Made by a program: the position numbers and the translations under genes. A DNA stretch of 64,000 bases, from assembly GCA_002269645.1 (NCBI GenBank), contig NIVC01000089.1:310001-374000 (forward strand), in the 5' to 3' direction. Shown here one piece after another: positions 60,171 to 64,000 of the stretch (position 1 is its first letter; each line of letters starts with the position of its first letter). Below the pieces are notes generated by a model. The model was given only the letters and a program-made list of their open reading frames with translations, searched no databases and was not told the origin of the DNA. Origin of the DNA: Macrostomum lignano. Taxonomy: Eukaryota.

Positions 60171-63100
60171 CTACCCGTGCAGCACCTGGCTGTTGATCCC
60201 GTAGATCACGTGACGTCGACCTTCGCGAACGGCGTCGCGCAGGTCGTCAGGCCGGCCTGGAAACTCCGAATGGAACTGGCGTCTCAGCTGCGTGCGGTCG
60301 TAGCCTCTCTGCAAGTCGTGCAGCTCGGTCCTGTAGGGCGTCGTTGGCAACGGTTGCCATGGCGACGAAGCCTGCTGCTGCTTAGAGTCGCGCAGCTGCT
60401 CCTGGTCCAGGTAGACTGGCTCGGATCCGTAACCATAGGCAACCATCACATCCGTGTCGAAGTTGACACCTTTGGAAGACTTTGCTTGCTGCTGTGGCTG
60501 CTGCTTCTGGGCAGCCGGTGCAGCAGCAGAAGCGCCGTGAAGTTCGTAGAGCCGCGGTCTGCCGGGCAGGTAGCCAACGGCGGGCCCGGGCAGGCCGAGG
60601 GTGTTCATCAGACCTGCGCCGTCGCTGAAGCTCCAGGACGCGGAGGCGGCGGGCTCGTACTTCCTGCGCAGCCAGGCGATGTCGGACCGGGCGTCCGTGT
60701 CGGCGATGGCAACTGGCTGAGGGCTGCGCCGACTGTCAGACTCCACACGGCGTCTGCCAATCGTTGGTGTGAGGCGAAGCTGATCACTCACTCACTGATA
60801 ATTCACTCACTGTGCTTGATCAATCACTCACTGATCATTCACTCACTGATCACTCACTCACTGATCACTCACTCACTGATCATTCACTCACTGATCATTC
60901 ACTCACTGATCATTCACTCACTGTGCTTGATCACTCACTCACTGTGCTTGATCACTCACTGAGCTTGATCATTCACTCACTGATCATTCACTCACTGATC
61001 ATTCACTCACTGTGCTTGATCATTCACTCACTGTGCTTGATCATTCACTCACTGTGCTTGATCATTCACTCACTGTGCTTGATCATTCACTCACTGTGCT
61101 TGATCATTCACTCACTGTGCTTGATCATTCACTCACTGTGCTTGATCACTCACTGTGCTTGATCATTCACTCACTGTGCTTGATCATTCACTGTGCTTGA
61201 TCACTCACTCACTCACTGATCATTCACTCACTGTGCTTGATCACTCACTCACTGTGCTTGATCACTCACTGTGCTTGATCATTCACTGTGCTTGATCACT
61301 CACTCACTGTGCTTGATCACTCACTGTGCTTGATCATTCACTGTGCTTGATCACTCACTCACTCACTGATCATTCACTCACTGTGCTTGATCACTCACTC
61401 ACTGAGCTTGATCATTCACTCACTGTGCTTGATCATTCACTCACTGTGCTTGATCACTCACTGTGCTTGATCATTCACTCACTGTGCTTGATCATTCACT
61501 CACTGTGCTTGATCACTCACTGTGCTTGATCACTCACTGAGCTTGATCATTCACTCACTGTGCTTGATCATTCACTCACTGTGCTTGATCATTCACTCAC
61601 TGTGCTTGATCACTCACTGTGCTTGATCACTCACTGTGCTTGATCACTCACTGAGCTTGATCATTCACTCACTGTGCTTGATCATTCACTCACTGTGCTT
61701 GATCACTCACTCACTGTGCTTGATCACTCAGTCACTGTGCTTGATCAGCACACTCACTGTGCTTGATCACTCACTCACTGTGCTTGATCACTCACTCACT
61801 GTGCTTGATCACTCACTCACTGTGCTTGATCAGCACACTCATTGTGCTTGATCACTCACTCACTGTGCTTGATCAGCACACACAAATCAGTAACAATGGC
61901 CAGGCGGGAACCAAAGCACAGCCAACCCGCCCTTTGCTGCCGATCTAAAACGCATCTGTAATCAACTTAGAGCCGCTCGGGAGCGACGCCCGGGTCGGCA
62001 GGGTCGCGCAGATCCCCCTGGGGGCCGGCCGGCTTGGACAGGGGGGGGGGGGGCTTAAAGAAGAGAAGACAGAAGACAGACAGAGAGGGGGAGAAAGTCG
62101 GTCCCGAACCCACAGCCATCAGACGCGACCCCTTATAAGCCCGCCCGGCAGTGAGTGAAAATTGAATTGCAAAAAAGCCAAATGAACACACAGTGGCTTC
62201 CGCGTATGCAGAAAGGCAGGAAACACGCTGACAGACACGGGACGCGCGCGCAATACTTGTATCGAAATTCGAAACACTTGGAAAGAACACCGAATGCCCG
62301 GTGCCTTGGCGACAAAAGTTCACATTTAAATTGATTTTTTAAAACACAATCAGCTTGTGCAGTTACTTTGCAGCTTTTTTAGTCACTCAGACGTTCATAT
62401 CTCGGCTCTCATCTTCATATCTAGGTTCTCATCTTCATATCTCGGCTCTCATCTTCATATCTCGGTTCCCATCTTCATTTCTCGGTTCTCATCTTCATTT
62501 CTCGGTTCTCATCTTCATATCTCGGTTCTCATCTTCATATCTAGGTTCCCATCTTCATATCTAGGTTCCCATCTTCATATCTAGGTTCCCATCTTCATTT
62601 CTCGGTTCTCATCTTCATTTCTCGGTTCTCATCTTCATATCTCGGTTCTCATCTTCATATCTAGGTTCCCATCTTCATATCTAGGTTCCCATCTTCATTT
62701 CTCGGTTCTCATCTTCATTTCTCGGTTCTCATCTTCATATCTCGGTTCTCATCTTCATTTCTCGGTTCTCATCTTCATATCTCGGTTCCCATCTTCATAT
62801 CTAGGTTCCCATCTTCATATCTAGGTTCCCATCTTCATATCTCGGTTCTCATCTTCATTTCTCGGTTCTCATCTTCATATCTCGGTTCTCATCTTCATAT
62901 CTAGGTTCCCATCTTCATATCTAGGTTCCCATCTTCATTTCTCGGTTCTCATCTTCATTTCTCGGTTCTCATCTTCATATCTCGGTTCTCATCTTCATTT
63001 CTCGGTTCTCATCTTCATATCTCGGTTCCCATCTTCATATCTAGGTTCCCATCTTCATATCTAGGTTCCCATCTTCATATCTCGGTTCTCATCTTCATTT

Positions 63101-63517
63101 CTCGGTTCTCATCTTCATATCTCGGTTCTCATCTTCATATCTAGGTTCCCATCTTCATATCTAGGTTCCCATCTTCATTTCTCGGTTCTCATCTTCATTT
63201 CTCGGTTCTCATCTTCATATCTCACTAAACGCACTCTATTTATAGTACAATTTCACTATCCCATACATTATACCCCCCAAAGACCCTCAATTCCAGTTCG
63301 GCTGTCTCACCTGCTGTAGTCCCGGTAGCGGCTCTCCAACTCGCTGCCCCAGGCCTGCCCCCCACCATAGCCGCCGTCCTTGGCGTCAGCTCCGTCCCTC
63401 TCAGCAGGCCGCTGGCCATCGGCTGACTCATCAGCGACAGGCGATTCCGGCCTGGAGATGAAGGGGATTCGGGATGGATCGCAATGATGCTGCAGGATTT
63501 GGCGATGGGGCACGGCG

Positions 63518-63554
<37 letters not shown>

Positions 63555-63639
63555 GCAGACAGACATACAGGCAGACAGACAGGCAGACAGACAGACAGAC
63601 AGGCAGACAGACAGACAGACAGACAGACAGGCAGATAGG

Positions 63640-63701
<62 letters not shown>

Positions 63702-63704
63702 GGG

Positions 63705-63746
<42 letters not shown>

Positions 63747-63768
63747 GCAGACAGACAGACAGACAGGC

Positions 63769-63813
<45 letters not shown>

Positions 63814-64000
63814 GGCAGACAGACAGACAGCATCACCTGCTGCTAGCCTGGGAGGCGGCCCGCCACTGCTGCTGCTGCACCAGGGCATCCCAGTTGTCGG
63901 GCAGGTTGTGGTACTCCCGGCCCTCCAGCAGCCAGCGCTCCGATCTCTCCCTGTCAGTCTCAGGTCTGACGCGCTCTGCAGCCGTCCGGGAGTCGCCCTG
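60171..64000 (-). CDS. 3' exons of an uncharacterised gene (5' end outside the window)
   Basis: Exons >64000-63837 (donor AG|GTGATG), 63451-63311 (acceptor CTTCATCTCCAG, donor AG|GTGAGA) and 60779-60171. GC-rich codon usage. The last exon ends [37 protein letters not shown]. The phase into the last exon does not match without a frameshift or a missed exon. Confidence 0.6.
60781..61878. repeat. About 21-bp minisatellite (intronic)
   Basis: Unit TGATCATTCACTCACTGTGCT and variants. Confidence 0.95.
62390..63222. repeat. 20-bp minisatellite (intronic)
   Basis: Unit CTMGGTTCYCATCTTCATWT. Confidence 0.95.
63520..63830. repeat. (CAGA)n microsatellite (intronic)
   Basis: Tetramer array between two GC-rich exons. 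Confidence 0.95.

Noticed and set aside
43497-63888. Long repetitive ORFs (43497-44459, 50236-51717, 53413-54221, 54677-55303, 58215-59669, 60812-61948, 63240-63888) and the L/S-rich ORFs at 24839-26540
   Set aside because: Each is a stop-free reading of a tandem repeat, open in several frames, with no domain content.

Overview
This is eukaryotic (animal) genomic DNA. GC-rich exons, introns filled with 15-40 bp minisatellites, a CHCC-type Gypsy element and splice acceptors just before start codons suggest a Macrostomum-like flatworm (inference, not verified). (1) 1-14.6 kb: three near-identical copies of an unannotated, spliced, small secreted peptide gene (signal peptide, acidic spacer, RRRYRR-CSVL[EW]) arranged in alternating orientation. 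The third arm is split by an 8.2-kb Ty3/Gypsy element whose LTRs differ at 2 of 166 bp. That element carries four nested insertions: a TA-MITE in its primer-binding site, a 1.07-kb solo-LTR-like insert in gag, and a long foldback element in the AATAAA of its 3' LTR, which itself contains a hAT-type MITE. (2) 14.6-33.8 kb: gene-poor DNA with MITEs, a gag relic, satellites and orphan promoter-like signals. (3) 33.9-46.2 kb: co-oriented GTPBP10, SFI1 and MRPS28, with a CORE-SINE before MRPS28. (4) 46-64 kb: many minisatellite arrays, an intronless TSP1-repeat membrane-protein gene and the 3' exons of an uncharacterised minus-strand gene. Most long repetitive ORFs in the supplied track are translation artefacts of tandem repeats. 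Several single-base frameshifts sit in homopolymer runs and look like assembly errors.
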